Shown piece after piece: positions 30,796 through 40,785 of a DNA stretch of 64,000 bases. The notes beneath the pieces were generated by a model. The model made no database searches. It worked only from the letters and a program-made list of their open reading frames with translations, and was not told where the DNA came from. The DNA is from an uncultured Bacteroidota bacterium. GTDB taxonomy: Bacteria > Bacteroidota > Bacteroidia > Bacteroidales > GWA2-32-17. The stretch's first letter is position 1, and every line of letters begins with the position of its first letter. The stretch spans positions 3,284 to 67,283 of the forward strand of contig CAILUD010000009.1 of NCBI GenBank assembly GCA_903837285.1. Reading direction: 5' to 3'. A program made the position numbers and the translations under genes.

Positions 30796-33228
30796 ATGGA
30801 AGAAAATTTAGTCATAGTAGAATCTCCTGCAAAGGCCAAAACTATTGAGAAATTCCTTGGAAAAGGGTACCTTGTAAAATCAAGTTTTGGACACATCCGC
30901 GACTTATCAAAAAAGAAACTTGGCGTTGACATCGACGATAACTTCAAACCAAATTACGAAGTTCCTGAAGATAAAGTTAAAACCGTTAACGAATTAAAAA
31001 AACTTGCAAAAGCAGCTAAGTTTGTATGGCTAGCATCTGATGAAGACCGCGAAGGAGAAGCTATTTCATGGCATCTTTTCGAGACTTTAGAATTAAAAGA
31101 AGCAAATACAAGAAGAATTGTTTTTCATGAAATTACTAAGGAAGCAATAAACAATGCTATTCAAAATCCAAGAAGCATTGACTATAATCTAGTTAACGCA
31201 CAACAGGCGCGTAGAATACTTGACAGATTAGTAGGATTTGAGCTTTCGCCATTATTATGGAAAAAAATCCGTCCAAGCTTATCAGCAGGTAGGGTTCAAT
31301 CTGTAGCAGTGAGACTTATTGTTGAAAGAGAACGCGAAATATTTGCTTTTACAGCAGTATCACAATATAAAGTATCAGGAATTTTTATCATTACAGATAA
31401 AGACGGAAAAAAATATGAACTAAAAGCAGATATTCAGAAAGGATTTATTACAAAAAAAGAAGCTCTGGCATTTCTTGAAAAATGCAAAGGATCATCTTTT
31501 ACTATTTCAGATATTCAAACAAAACCTTCTACAAAATCTCCAGCTCCACCATTCACTACCTCAACACTTCAACAGGAAGCAAGTAGAAAATTAAGTTTTT
31601 CGGTTGCTCAAACAATGGCTTTAGCTCAAAAACTTTATGAAGCTGGTCATATTACTTATATGAGAACCGATTCAGTTCATTTATCGAACTTAGCAATTGG
31701 AGCGTCAAAAAAAGAAATAGAAGAAAAGTACGGAAAAGAATATTCTAAAACACGTCAGTTCAGCACAAAATCAAAAGGCGCACAAGAAGCACATGAAGCA
31801 ATAAGACCTACATATTTTAGCAATAGTACTGTTGCAGTTGCCGTTAACGAAAAAAGGCTTTACGAACTTATTTGGAAAAGAGCAATAGCCTCTCAAATGA
31901 GTGAAGCTCAAATAGAAAGAACTATAGTAACAATAAATTCATCAAATGCCTCCGAAAATTTTATTGCAACAGGTGAAGTAATTAAATTTGATGGTTTTCT
32001 TGCAGTATATTTGGAATCGACCGACGACGAAAACGAAGACGAAGTTGGATCATTACTTCCTCCAATGCAGAAAAATCAGAAAATTGAAATGAAAAATATT
32101 TCAGCTTTCGAAAAATTTAATCATCATTTACCTAGATATTCTGAAGCAAGTTTAGTTAGAAAATTAGAAGAATTGGGAATTGGTCGTCCATCTACATATG
32201 CACCAACAATTTCTACTGTTCAAAACAGAGGTTATGTAATTAAAGAGGACAGAGCAGGAAGCGAAAGAAATGTTGTTGTAATTACATTAATCGATAACAA
32301 CATTTCCGAACAATCTAAAAAAGAGAATTTTAACTACGAAAAATCAAAATTATTCCCTACAGATACAGGTATAATTGTTAATGATTTTCTGTTAGAAAAT
32401 TTCTCGGATATACTTGATTTTAATTTTACTGCATCTGTAGAACTTCAATTTGACGAAATTGCTGAAGGAAATCAAGACTGGGCTAAAATGATTAAAACAT
32501 TTTACAAAAATTTCCACAGTAAAGTAGTTGAAAGCACTAGCAATAGTCAAAGAAATGTAAGTGAAAGATTATTAGGTACAGATCCTGTTTCAGGAAAACC
32601 AGTTTATGTAAAATTCGGAAAATATGGTCCACTTGCACAGTTAGGTGAGAATAAAGAAGACGAAAAACCTCGTTATTCAAGTTTACAGAAAAGTCAATAT
32701 TTAGAAACAATAACTTTAGACGAAGCTCTTGCACTATTTATTTTACCTAGAAAATTAGGTTTATATAATGGCAAAGAAATTTCTGTAAATATTGGAAGAT
32801 TCGGACCTTATGTTTTACACGACAGTAAATTTTGCTCATTAAAGAAAGGTATTGACGATCCTTATACTATTGTTTTAGAGAGAGCAATCGAAGTTATTAT
32901 TGAAAAACAAAACCAAGCTGCTGCTGCTGCTTTACGTGACTTTAAAGAAGATCCAGATTTACATATTATAAAAGGCAGATACGGAGCATATATTAAGTAT
33001 AAAGATGAAAATTATCGCATCCCATCTAAAACAGAATGGAATACTTTAACTTATCAGGATTTTATTGAAATAATAAAACAAAGCCCCGAAAAGAAACCAA
33101 AACCTCAGAAAAAGGGTAGTACACCAAAAAAAGCAGCTGATACTAAAAAAACTGTTAAAGTAAAAAAATCTACTCCCAAAAAAACAACTGTTAAAAAGAA
33201 AGCTGCAGTAAAAAAGAAAACCAAGTAA
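30796..33228 (+). CDS. topA: DNA topoisomerase I with lysine-rich C-terminal tail
   Basis: Toprim VIVESPAKAKTIEKFLG, active-site Tyr in ITYMRTDS and a 45-aa K/T/P-rich tail. Confidence 0.95.
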   Translation: MEENLVIVESPAKAKTIEKFLGKGYLVKSSFGHIRDLSKKKLGVDIDDNFKPNYEVPEDKVKTVNELKKLAKAAKFVWLASDEDREGEAISWHLFETLELKEANTRRIVFHEITKEAINNAIQNPRSIDYNLVNAQQARRILDRLVGFELSPLLWKKIRPSLSAGRVQSVAVRLIVEREREIFAFTAVSQYKVSGIFIITDKDGKKYELKADIQKGFITKKEALAFLEKCKGSSFTISDIQTKPSTKSPAPPFTTSTLQQEASRKLSFSVAQTMALAQKLYEAGHITYMRTDSVHLSNLAIGASKKEIEEKYGKEYSKTRQFSTKSKGAQEAHEAIRPTYFSNSTVAVAVNEKRLYELIWKRAIASQMSEAQIERTIVTINSSNASENFIATGEVIKFDGFLAVYLESTDDENEDEVGSLLPPMQKNQKIEMKNISAFEKFNHHLPRYSEASLVRKLEELGIGRPSTYAPTISTVQNRGYVIKEDRAGSERNVVVITLIDNNISEQSKKENFNYEKSKLFPTDTGIIVNDFLLENFSDILDFNFTASVELQFDEIAEGNQDWAKMIKTFYKNFHSKVVESTSNSQRNVSERLLGTDPVSGKPVYVKFGKYGPLAQLGENKEDEKPRYSSLQKSQYLETITLDEALALFILPRKLGLYNGKEISVNIGRFGPYVLHDSKFCSLKKGIDDPYTIVLERAIEVIIEKQNQAAAAALRDFKEDPDLHIIKGRYGAYIKYKDENYRIPSKTEWNTLTYQDFIEIIKQSPEKKPKPQKKGSTPKKAADTKKTVKVKKSTPKKTTVKKKAAVKKKTK

Positions 33229-33234
33229 TTTGCA

Positions 33235-34371
33235 ATGCATCATTTACAAGATTTTTTTGATCCAATAAATGTTAACAATATAGTTGATGAAGACTATATC
33301 GAAAAATCTCGTTTTGCTAATAGGATTTTAATTAATTCTATAAAAAATCCGTTATCAGATCTTGGAAAAGCAAAAATTGCAATATTTGGAGTTTCAAAAA
33401 ATAATAAAGGAGAATTAAATCCGGCAGATTTAGTCAGAAAGTTTTTATACTCTTTTTTTACACCATTTAATGTTAATATTATTGATTTAGGAAATTTAAA
33501 AAAAGGTAAAAATATTAATGATAATTTATATGGTGTTAGGGAAGTAATAAGTTACTTACATTCAAAAAAAATAATTTCAATAATATTAGGCGATAACAAT
33601 AATCTGCCTTTTGCTAGTTATCTTTCTTTTGAAGAAATAAAAAATCCTGTAAACATTGTTTCAATAGATTCTGCAATTTCGTTAAAACAAAAAGAAATAA
33701 AAGAACAAGACATACATTATCTTCCTAAAATTGTACTAAGAAATAACAATAGTCTATTTAATTTCTCATTGCTAGGTTATCAATCTTATTTAGTTTCACC
33801 AGATGACATAAATACTTTAAATCGTTTATTTTTTGATGCAATTAGATTAGGTGTTGTTAAATCAAATATATCCGAAATTGAACCTTTGTTGAGAGATGCA
33901 AATATCGTTGCAATACATTTAAATTCAATACAGGGAAATTTTAACCCTGAAGAAAATTTAATTTCACCAAATGGATTGGATGGACGAGAAATTTGTCAAT
34001 TAGCTAGATATGCAGGTGCCGGAGAAAGAACTTCCAGTTTCGGACTGTACGGCTTAAAAAACAATAATAGTGAAGCAATTCTTACTGCACAGGCAATCTG
34101 GTATTTTTTGGAAGGTTTTTCGCAACGAACAAATGAAATTCCTTCAAAAAAAGCAAAATCAATATTAAAATTTCATGTCGAAGTAGGAAAAGACACTTCA
34201 ATAACTTTCTTTAAAAGTTCAAAATCCGAAAGATGGTGGATGGAAGTTCCATACCCGAAATCAGGTTTTTCAAAAAGCTTAATTATATCTTGCTCATACT
34301 CAGACTATCAAAAAGCCTGCAATGGTGAAGTTCCGGATAGATGGTGGAAATTTTTTCAAAAAATATGCTGA
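33235..34371 (+). CDS. Arginase/formiminoglutamase-fold protein with substituted metal ligands, plus a W-rich C-terminal extension
   Basis: The spacing of ILGDNNNL (GGDHS position), VSIDSAIS (DAHxD position) and VAIHLNSIQ (SxDxD position) fits the ureohydrolase fold, but the ligand residues are replaced. Confidence 0.45.
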   Translation: MHHLQDFFDPINVNNIVDEDYIEKSRFANRILINSIKNPLSDLGKAKIAIFGVSKNNKGELNPADLVRKFLYSFFTPFNVNIIDLGNLKKGKNINDNLYGVREVISYLHSKKIISIILGDNNNLPFASYLSFEEIKNPVNIVSIDSAISLKQKEIKEQDIHYLPKIVLRNNNSLFNFSLLGYQSYLVSPDDINTLNRLFFDAIRLGVVKSNISEIEPLLRDANIVAIHLNSIQGNFNPEENLISPNGLDGREICQLARYAGAGERTSSFGLYGLKNNNSEAILTAQAIWYFLEGFSQRTNEIPSKKAKSILKFHVEVGKDTSITFFKSSKSERWWMEVPYPKSGFSKSLIISCSYSDYQKACNGEVPDRWWKFFQKIC

Positions 34372-34665
34372 AAAACAAAAATTAGCACAACATTTGAAAA
34401 CATTCTTGCGTTAATAATTCAGAATTTTATTAAAAGTTCTTAAAAAATATTAATAATCAAATAAAAATATTTTAATTAAAAAAAAACAGATAAATGCCAA
34501 CAAAACAAAACCTTTCTAAACTCTTCACGTACAAAGTTGAAAATTTTAGTGAGTTATTAACTTAAAAGTGTTGGTAATATTTGGTTGTAAAGAATATTTT
34601 TATTTACTTTACCAAGTGATAAAGTGAACATTAAACATAACAAACAGAGAAGTAAATATTTGAAT

Positions 34666-35613
34666 ATGAGGAAATTATTTTCTCTTTTTATCTTAGTTTT
34701 TGCGGGTTTTAGCCTGTTAGCACAGCAAGATCCCCAATTAAGCTTAAATAAATACAATATTTTACCGGTAAATCCAGGATTCGCTGGTAGTAACGAAGCT
34801 ATTTGTGCATCAATGCTATATCGTCAGCAATGGATGGGTTTTGATGGCGCACCTAAAACAATGATTTTTAGTGGCGACATGGCCATTCCAAGCATTAGTA
34901 GTGGCGTTGGTATAAACATAATGAACGATAAGCTTGGTTTCGAGAAGAATACATATTTAAACTTGTCATACGCATATAGATTACAAATTGGTGATGGTTC
35001 TTTAGGAATTGGCTTAGGATTAGGTTTTTTAAATAAATCTTTAGATGGAGAATGGATTACACCTGATCAACTTAGTAATCCAGGAACCAACCCTTATTTA
35101 GATCCTTTAATTCCTCATTCAGAAAACAAATTTGTACTGGATGCAAATTTTGGACTTTTTTATCGTGCAAAAGGTGATAAAATATACGGTGGTATTTCTT
35201 CAACTCACCTTACCCAACCAGATTTAAAATATTCAGCAGGTAAAATGCCTTTTGTGGCAAGACATTATTATGTTATTGTTGGTTCTTTTATACAATTACC
35301 TGATAAAAACTGGGGTTTAATTCCATCAGCTTTTATTAAATCAGATGGTAGAACTAATCAATATGACATAAATGCTATGATAGAATACCGCAAACAATTT
35401 AGAGGCGGCATTTCTTATCGCTTTGGCGATGCTATTATAGCAATGGTAGGTTTTACAACACAATCAAATATTACTTTTGCTCTTGCTTATGATATAACTA
35501 CTTCTAAACTTAAATCATATTCAAGTGGGTCAATTGAGTTTATGGCAAAATATTGCTTTAATCTTAAAAAACCTAATGGTAGAGGTAAATATGGTAGTGT
35601 TAGATTTTTATAA
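34666..35613 (+). CDS. porP: PorP/SprF-family T9SS outer-membrane protein
   Basis: LLAQQDPQLS...NPGFAG signature and its position directly upstream of gldK. ATG 34666 is preferred over the track start at 34624. Confidence 0.85.
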   Translation: MRKLFSLFILVFAGFSLLAQQDPQLSLNKYNILPVNPGFAGSNEAICASMLYRQQWMGFDGAPKTMIFSGDMAIPSISSGVGINIMNDKLGFEKNTYLNLSYAYRLQIGDGSLGIGLGLGFLNKSLDGEWITPDQLSNPGTNPYLDPLIPHSENKFVLDANFGLFYRAKGDKIYGGISSTHLTQPDLKYSAGKMPFVARHYYVIVGSFIQLPDKNWGLIPSAFIKSDGRTNQYDINAMIEYRKQFRGGISYRFGDAIIAMVGFTTQSNITFALAYDITTSKLKSYSSGSIEFMAKYCFNLKKPNGRGKYGSVRFL

Positions 35614-35656
35614 ATTTTAATGAAAATTATAAGTTCTCATAATTAATAAATGTCCT

Positions 35657-37066
35657 ATGAAAACTTTATTGTTAATCTTGTTTCTTTTCCTTGCAGTAGT
35701 TGGTCTAAACAGTTGCTCCAATACCGGTAACGGCGAATTAGTTGGAGTACCCAATCGCGTGGACTGGTTTGAACCGCAACCATATGGTATGCTGTTCTGC
35801 CAAGCTGGTAGTTATAACATGGGTCCTGATGATCAGGATGTTCCATGGGCTATGACTGCCGAAACTAAAACAGTTTCTATTGCTCCATTTTGGATGGACG
35901 AAACCGAAATCACAAACAACGAATATCGTCAGTTTGTTAATTGGGTTCGCGATTCTATTGCTGCAAAGCTACTTGGAACTCAAATAGAAGAGTTTTTAAT
36001 CACTGAAAATGAATACGGCGAAGAAGTAAATCCTCCATTTATTAATTGGGAAGAACAAATTAAATGGAAAGATCCTGAACAACGCGAAATTCTTAACGAA
36101 ATGTTCTTACCAGAACACGAACGTTTTTATCGTCGTAAAGAACTTGATACCAGAAAATTAAATTTCGAATATTTCTGGATAGATTTAAGGCAGGCTTCAA
36201 AGAAGTTTGATTTTAATAGCGAAGCTCGTCGTGCCTGGAATGCTGATGAAAATAAATATGATGGTCAGGTAACCGATTACAACTACAAAAGTGCGACAAA
36301 AGGTCAAAATATTGATGTTAAAGATCGTTCATCATATATCGTTCGCGATGTTGTAAATGTATACCCAGATACACTCTGTTGGTTAAGTGATTTTACATAT
36401 TCGTTTAATGAGCCTATGGCAAATTATTTCTGGCATCCTGCTTATGACAATTATCCTGTTGTTGGAGTTACATGGAGACAAGCCCGTGCATTCTGTACTT
36501 GGAGAACTCAATTATTAAATAGTTTCTTTCTTGAGTCAATGGGTGAACCATTTGTTCAGGATTATAGACTTCCAACTGAATCAGAATGGGAATATGCTTC
36601 AAGAGGTGGATTAAAAGGTGCAATGTATCCTTGGGGAGGTTACTATACTCAAAATTATAAAGGTTGCTATATTGCAAACTTTAAACCAATGCGTGGTAAT
36701 TACACAGCTGATGGTGGAATTTATCCATTAGTTGTTGCGAGTAATGATCCTAACGAATGGGGATTATATGATATGGGAGGTAATGTTTCTGAATGGACTA
36801 ACAATGCCTTTGATGAATCAGCATATAGCTGGACAGATGACTTAAATCCAGATTATCAATATGAAGCATTACCTGATGATCCACCTGTACGTAAACGTAA
36901 AATTATTCGTGGTGGTTCATGGAAAGACATTTCATATTATATGCAATGTGGTACACGTTCTTACGAATATCAGGATTCTGCAAAATCATATATAGGTTTC
37001 CGTTGCGTACGTCATTATTTAGGACGCGACTTTAACGATGCAGGTTCAGGCTCACAAGTATATTAA
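35657..37066 (+). CDS. gldK: T9SS/gliding lipoprotein GldK (PorK)
   Basis: Lipobox GLNSCSN and FGE/SUMF1-like motifs RGGSWKD and GFRCV. Confidence 0.9.
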   Translation: MKTLLLILFLFLAVVGLNSCSNTGNGELVGVPNRVDWFEPQPYGMLFCQAGSYNMGPDDQDVPWAMTAETKTVSIAPFWMDETEITNNEYRQFVNWVRDSIAAKLLGTQIEEFLITENEYGEEVNPPFINWEEQIKWKDPEQREILNEMFLPEHERFYRRKELDTRKLNFEYFWIDLRQASKKFDFNSEARRAWNADENKYDGQVTDYNYKSATKGQNIDVKDRSSYIVRDVVNVYPDTLCWLSDFTYSFNEPMANYFWHPAYDNYPVVGVTWRQARAFCTWRTQLLNSFFLESMGEPFVQDYRLPTESEWEYASRGGLKGAMYPWGGYYTQNYKGCYIANFKPMRGNYTADGGIYPLVVASNDPNEWGLYDMGGNVSEWTNNAFDESAYSWTDDLNPDYQYEALPDDPPVRKRKIIRGGSWKDISYYMQCGTRSYEYQDSAKSYIGFRCVRHYLGRDFNDAGSGSQVY

Positions 37067-37124
37067 TTAAATTTGGCTGTAAAATAAATAATAAATATTG
37101 TCTAAACTTTAAAACTTTAACACT

Positions 37125-38123
37125 ATGGGATTTAGTATTGGCGAATTGGTTCAAACCAGAGGTTGGAAAAACTTCATGTCGAAAGTTTATGGCTTTGGTG
37201 CTGCAGTAGTACTAGTTGGAGCTATGTTTAAAATTATGCACTGGCCTGGTTCAGGTACTATGCTTGTAATCGGACTAAGTGTTGAAGCATTTATATTTTT
37301 CACTTCGGCTTTTGAGCCACTTCACTCAGAATGGGATTGGAGTTTAGCATATCCAGAATTAGCGGGTATGCATGACGATATTGAAGATCATGATTTAAAA
37401 AACAAAGGCGTTGATTCTAAAAAAACAGCTCTTGAAAAATTTGATGCATTAATTAATAATGCAGAAATTACACCTGAGTTATTCGAAAAATTAGGTAACG
37501 GACTTCGTTCATTGAATGAAACTACAGAGAAACTTTCAGATGTTTCTGAAGCTTCTGTAGCAACAAATAATTATGTAGCTAGCTTTGAAAAAGCTTCTAA
37601 TAAAGTAAATGAGTTTGCAGACCTATATGGTAAATCTGCTCAGGATTTAAATAACTCAGCAAGTGGCTTAGCTAAATCTTATGAAAAATCTGCCGAAATT
37701 GTTGCTGGTTCAGTTGGAACATTTGCAGATACAATGTCACAAAGTGGAACAAAAGTAGCTGTAATGATTACTGAGTCTGGAAAAAATTTATCAGAATCAT
37801 ATGGCAGACTTGCTGATGCAATGAATGCTGAGTTTGAAAACACAAAATCAGGCTCAAAAAATTATGGTGAGCAATTGGTAGTAATGTCAAAAAATCTTAC
37901 AGCATTAAATTCAGTATACGAATTACAACTTCAAGGTACAAACGAACATCTCGAATCCGCAAAAACATTATTTAGCGGTATGGAAGATATTATGATTAAC
38001 ATGAAAAATTCAGCTGACGATGTTAAAAAATATCGTGAAGAAATTTCTAAGTTAGGCCAAAATCTAACAGCTATGAACACAATTTATGGCAATATGCTTT
38101 CTGCTATGAATTTTTCAAAATAA
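37125..38123 (+). CDS. gldL: T9SS/gliding motor protein GldL (PorL)
   Basis: Two N-terminal TM helices with GAMFKIMHWPG, followed by a long helical cytoplasmic region. Confidence 0.9.
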   Translation: MGFSIGELVQTRGWKNFMSKVYGFGAAVVLVGAMFKIMHWPGSGTMLVIGLSVEAFIFFTSAFEPLHSEWDWSLAYPELAGMHDDIEDHDLKNKGVDSKKTALEKFDALINNAEITPELFEKLGNGLRSLNETTEKLSDVSEASVATNNYVASFEKASNKVNEFADLYGKSAQDLNNSASGLAKSYEKSAEIVAGSVGTFADTMSQSGTKVAVMITESGKNLSESYGRLADAMNAEFENTKSGSKNYGEQLVVMSKNLTALNSVYELQLQGTNEHLESAKTLFSGMEDIMINMKNSADDVKKYREEISKLGQNLTAMNTIYGNMLSAMNFSK

Positions 38124-38168
38124 TTTTTTATAAACAGAGTTGTAATTGATATAAAAGAATATTAGAAT

Positions 38169-39836
38169 ATGGGTGCAACAAATTGTCCGGAAACCCCGAG
38201 GCAGAAAATGATAGGAATGATGTATCTCTTTTTAACGGCTATGCTTGCATTGAACGTTTCAAAGGAAATTCTTAACGCTTTCGTTATTGTAAACAAAGGA
38301 CTTCAGCAAACAAATGCGAATTTTACACAACGAAATGGTTTTACTTATCAAGCCTTAGCTTTTGCAAAAGGTAATGATGCTAAAAAAGTAACTCCATACT
38401 ATGATGCTGCTAATGTTGTTAAAAAACTTTCCGAAGATTTAGATATTTACATTAGAGATTTAAAAGTAAAAATAATTGTAGATGCTGATGGCGTTTCTAA
38501 TGATTCAGCATTAGCATTTGAAAAAGATCTTATAAAGCTTTCAGCAAAGGATTCCAGAGAAGCTGGACAACGAGTAATGCTTAGCGATGCAAGTGATGGT
38601 TCTAAAGGTGAAGCCAGAATTTTAAAAGGTAAATTAAATGATTTTAAAAAGAAAGCTTTAGAATTACTAAAAGATCCTAAAATTATTTTAGATAAAAAAG
38701 ATACCATTATTTCTAAATTGGGTAATTTAGGTATAAGTACAGAGGATTCTGAATTTAATCCGGATAAACCAGATGAAAAATTTTGGGAAAATAGATTATT
38801 TTCAGAATTACCTTGTGCTGCAACCATAACTCTTTTAACTCAAATTCAAAATCAGGTTAAAAATGCAGAAGCTGCTGTAATTCAAACTTTATATGGTGGT
38901 ATTGGTTCTACAGATATTAAATTTGACGTTGTAGCTCCACGTGTAATACCAAAAAGTAATTATATAATTCAGGGCGACTCATATGAAGCCGAACTATTTA
39001 TTGCTGCTTATAGTTCTACCGATACTACATCGCAAGTTATAATTGGAGAATCTTACGATTCTGTAAAAAATGTAATTAATAATCCATCGGCTACTATTAA
39101 TTTTAAAGATGGTATTGGTAAATACATTGTTCCAAATGCAGGTGGCGGTGCACATTCTTATGCTGCTATGATTAAAGTATTTAATGCTACAACCGGAGTT
39201 ATGACAAGCTACCCTGTAAAATCAGGTGGAAAATATAGTATTGAATATAACGTAGCACCTCCTATGGCGGTAGTTTCGCCAACCAAAATGAATGTTCTTT
39301 ATATTGGTGTTGACAATCCACTTGAAATTTCTGTTCCTGGTTTTAGAGACGATCAGGTATCAGCAAGTTGCTCGGGTGGTTCTCTTTCTAAATCTGGAAA
39401 AGGTTGGGTTGCAAGGGTTACTAAAGTAGGAAAATGTAATATTTCAGTTCAGGCAAAAGATGATAAAGGTGGTTCAAAATCTATGGGTTCTAAAGAATTT
39501 AGAGTAAAAAGAGTTCCTTTACCAGTTCCTACATGTAATAAACAAAAAAGTGGTACTATATCTAGAGGTATGCTACAAGCTCAATCGGGACCAATGGCAA
39601 CACTTGAAAATTTTGACTTCGAATTAAAATATACTGTTGTTAGCTTTACTGTTTCAGCAAATATTGGTGGATTTGAGCAAAATCCAGCTTCTCAGAGCGG
39701 AAAATTTACTCCACAACAGCTTGATTTAATCGGTAAAGTTCCAAAAGGTAAAAAAGTTTATATTGAAAACGTAAGAGCTAAAGGACCTGATGGAACAGTA
39801 AGTGATATTGGCACAATTTCATTTAAAATACAATAG
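38169..39836 (+). CDS. gldM: T9SS/gliding protein GldM (PorM)
   Basis: N-terminal MIGMMYLFLTAMLALNVSKEIL and a periplasmic multi-domain body. Confidence 0.9.
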   Translation: MGATNCPETPRQKMIGMMYLFLTAMLALNVSKEILNAFVIVNKGLQQTNANFTQRNGFTYQALAFAKGNDAKKVTPYYDAANVVKKLSEDLDIYIRDLKVKIIVDADGVSNDSALAFEKDLIKLSAKDSREAGQRVMLSDASDGSKGEARILKGKLNDFKKKALELLKDPKIILDKKDTIISKLGNLGISTEDSEFNPDKPDEKFWENRLFSELPCAATITLLTQIQNQVKNAEAAVIQTLYGGIGSTDIKFDVVAPRVIPKSNYIIQGDSYEAELFIAAYSSTDTTSQVIIGESYDSVKNVINNPSATINFKDGIGKYIVPNAGGGAHSYAAMIKVFNATTGVMTSYPVKSGGKYSIEYNVAPPMAVVSPTKMNVLYIGVDNPLEISVPGFRDDQVSASCSGGSLSKSGKGWVARVTKVGKCNISVQAKDDKGGSKSMGSKEFRVKRVPLPVPTCNKQKSGTISRGMLQAQSGPMATLENFDFELKYTVVSFTVSANIGGFEQNPASQSGKFTPQQLDLIGKVPKGKKVYIENVRAKGPDGTVSDIGTISFKIQ

Positions 39837-39840
39837 GGTT

Positions 39841-40719
39841 ATGAAAAAAGTAATTTTAGCTCTAACAATTGCCGTATTTTTTGCTCCTTTTGCCAAAGCA
39901 CAAGTGAGCGATGTATTAGACGGAGTTTATGTAAAGGAACATGTTCCTGCGCGTAAACCAGTACCATACCATCATTTACGTGAAGCGGATATGATGTGGT
40001 CGAAAAAAATATGGAGGATGTTGGATCTACGGGAAAAAATTAATCACCCTCTTTATTATCCTACAGCTAAAATGGATGATAGATACAGTTTGATTGATTT
40101 ATTAATATATGGTGTAGAATCAGAAGGATTAGTTGTATATAACACTAGTGACGATGAGTTTACAACTCCAATGACTTCTAAAGAAATTGATGATAACTTT
40201 GGAGTTAAAGTTGATACCGTTTATATTGACAACGAAGAAACAGGTGGTCAAGATATGAAGGTAATAGACAATCCTAGAACCACATCCGAGGTTACAAGAT
40301 TACTAATTAAAGAAGTTTGGTATTTTGATAAACAACGAGCTATGCTTGAAGTTAGAATTGTAGGTTTATGTCCTATTAGAATGTATGAAAAACAAGCAAC
40401 AGTTGTAGAAACGGCTCCTGATGAAGGCGAAGGAGAAGAAAAAGAATTAACTGCTAAACAAATTTTTTGGGTATATTTCCCTTCTGCACGCCCTTTACTT
40501 GCTAATCATGAGGTATTTAATTCAAATTCAGATTCTGAACGAAGAACTTTTGATGATATTTTCTTTAAACGTCGTTTTAGCAGTTATATATATCAAGAAA
40601 CCAACGTTTATGACAACCGCCGTATTGGTGAATTTAAATATGGACTAGATGCTTTAACTGAGTCAGATAACATTAAAGATTTTGTTTTCAAATTCGAACA
40701 CGACTTGTGGGAGTACTAA
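39841..40719 (+). CDS. gldN: T9SS/gliding periplasmic ring protein GldN (PorN)
   Basis: Signal peptide MKKVILALTIAVFFAPFAKAQ and READMMWSKKIWRMLDLREKINHPLYYP. The track start at 39802 overlaps gldM and is rejected. Confidence 0.9.
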   Translation: MKKVILALTIAVFFAPFAKAQVSDVLDGVYVKEHVPARKPVPYHHLREADMMWSKKIWRMLDLREKINHPLYYPTAKMDDRYSLIDLLIYGVESEGLVVYNTSDDEFTTPMTSKEIDDNFGVKVDTVYIDNEETGGQDMKVIDNPRTTSEVTRLLIKEVWYFDKQRAMLEVRIVGLCPIRMYEKQATVVETAPDEGEGEEKELTAKQIFWVYFPSARPLLANHEVFNSNSDSERRTFDDIFFKRRFSSYIYQETNVYDNRRIGEFKYGLDALTESDNIKDFVFKFEHDLWEY

Positions 40720-40732
40720 AAATATTTTAAAT

Positions 40733-40762
40733 AAAAAAACCGCTCTAAGTAGCGGTTTTTTT
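40733..40762. terminator. Bidirectional intrinsic terminator
   Basis: aaaaaaaCCGCTctaagtAGCGGttttttt lies between convergent gldN and the guanylyltransferase gene. Confidence 0.75.
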
Positions 40763-40785
40763 ATTTAAATTAATACTTATAATTG

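Noticed and set aside
39802-39840. N-terminal extension of gldN given in the ORF track
   Set aside because: The extension overlaps the gldM 3' end and precedes a canonical signal peptide that starts at ATG 39841.
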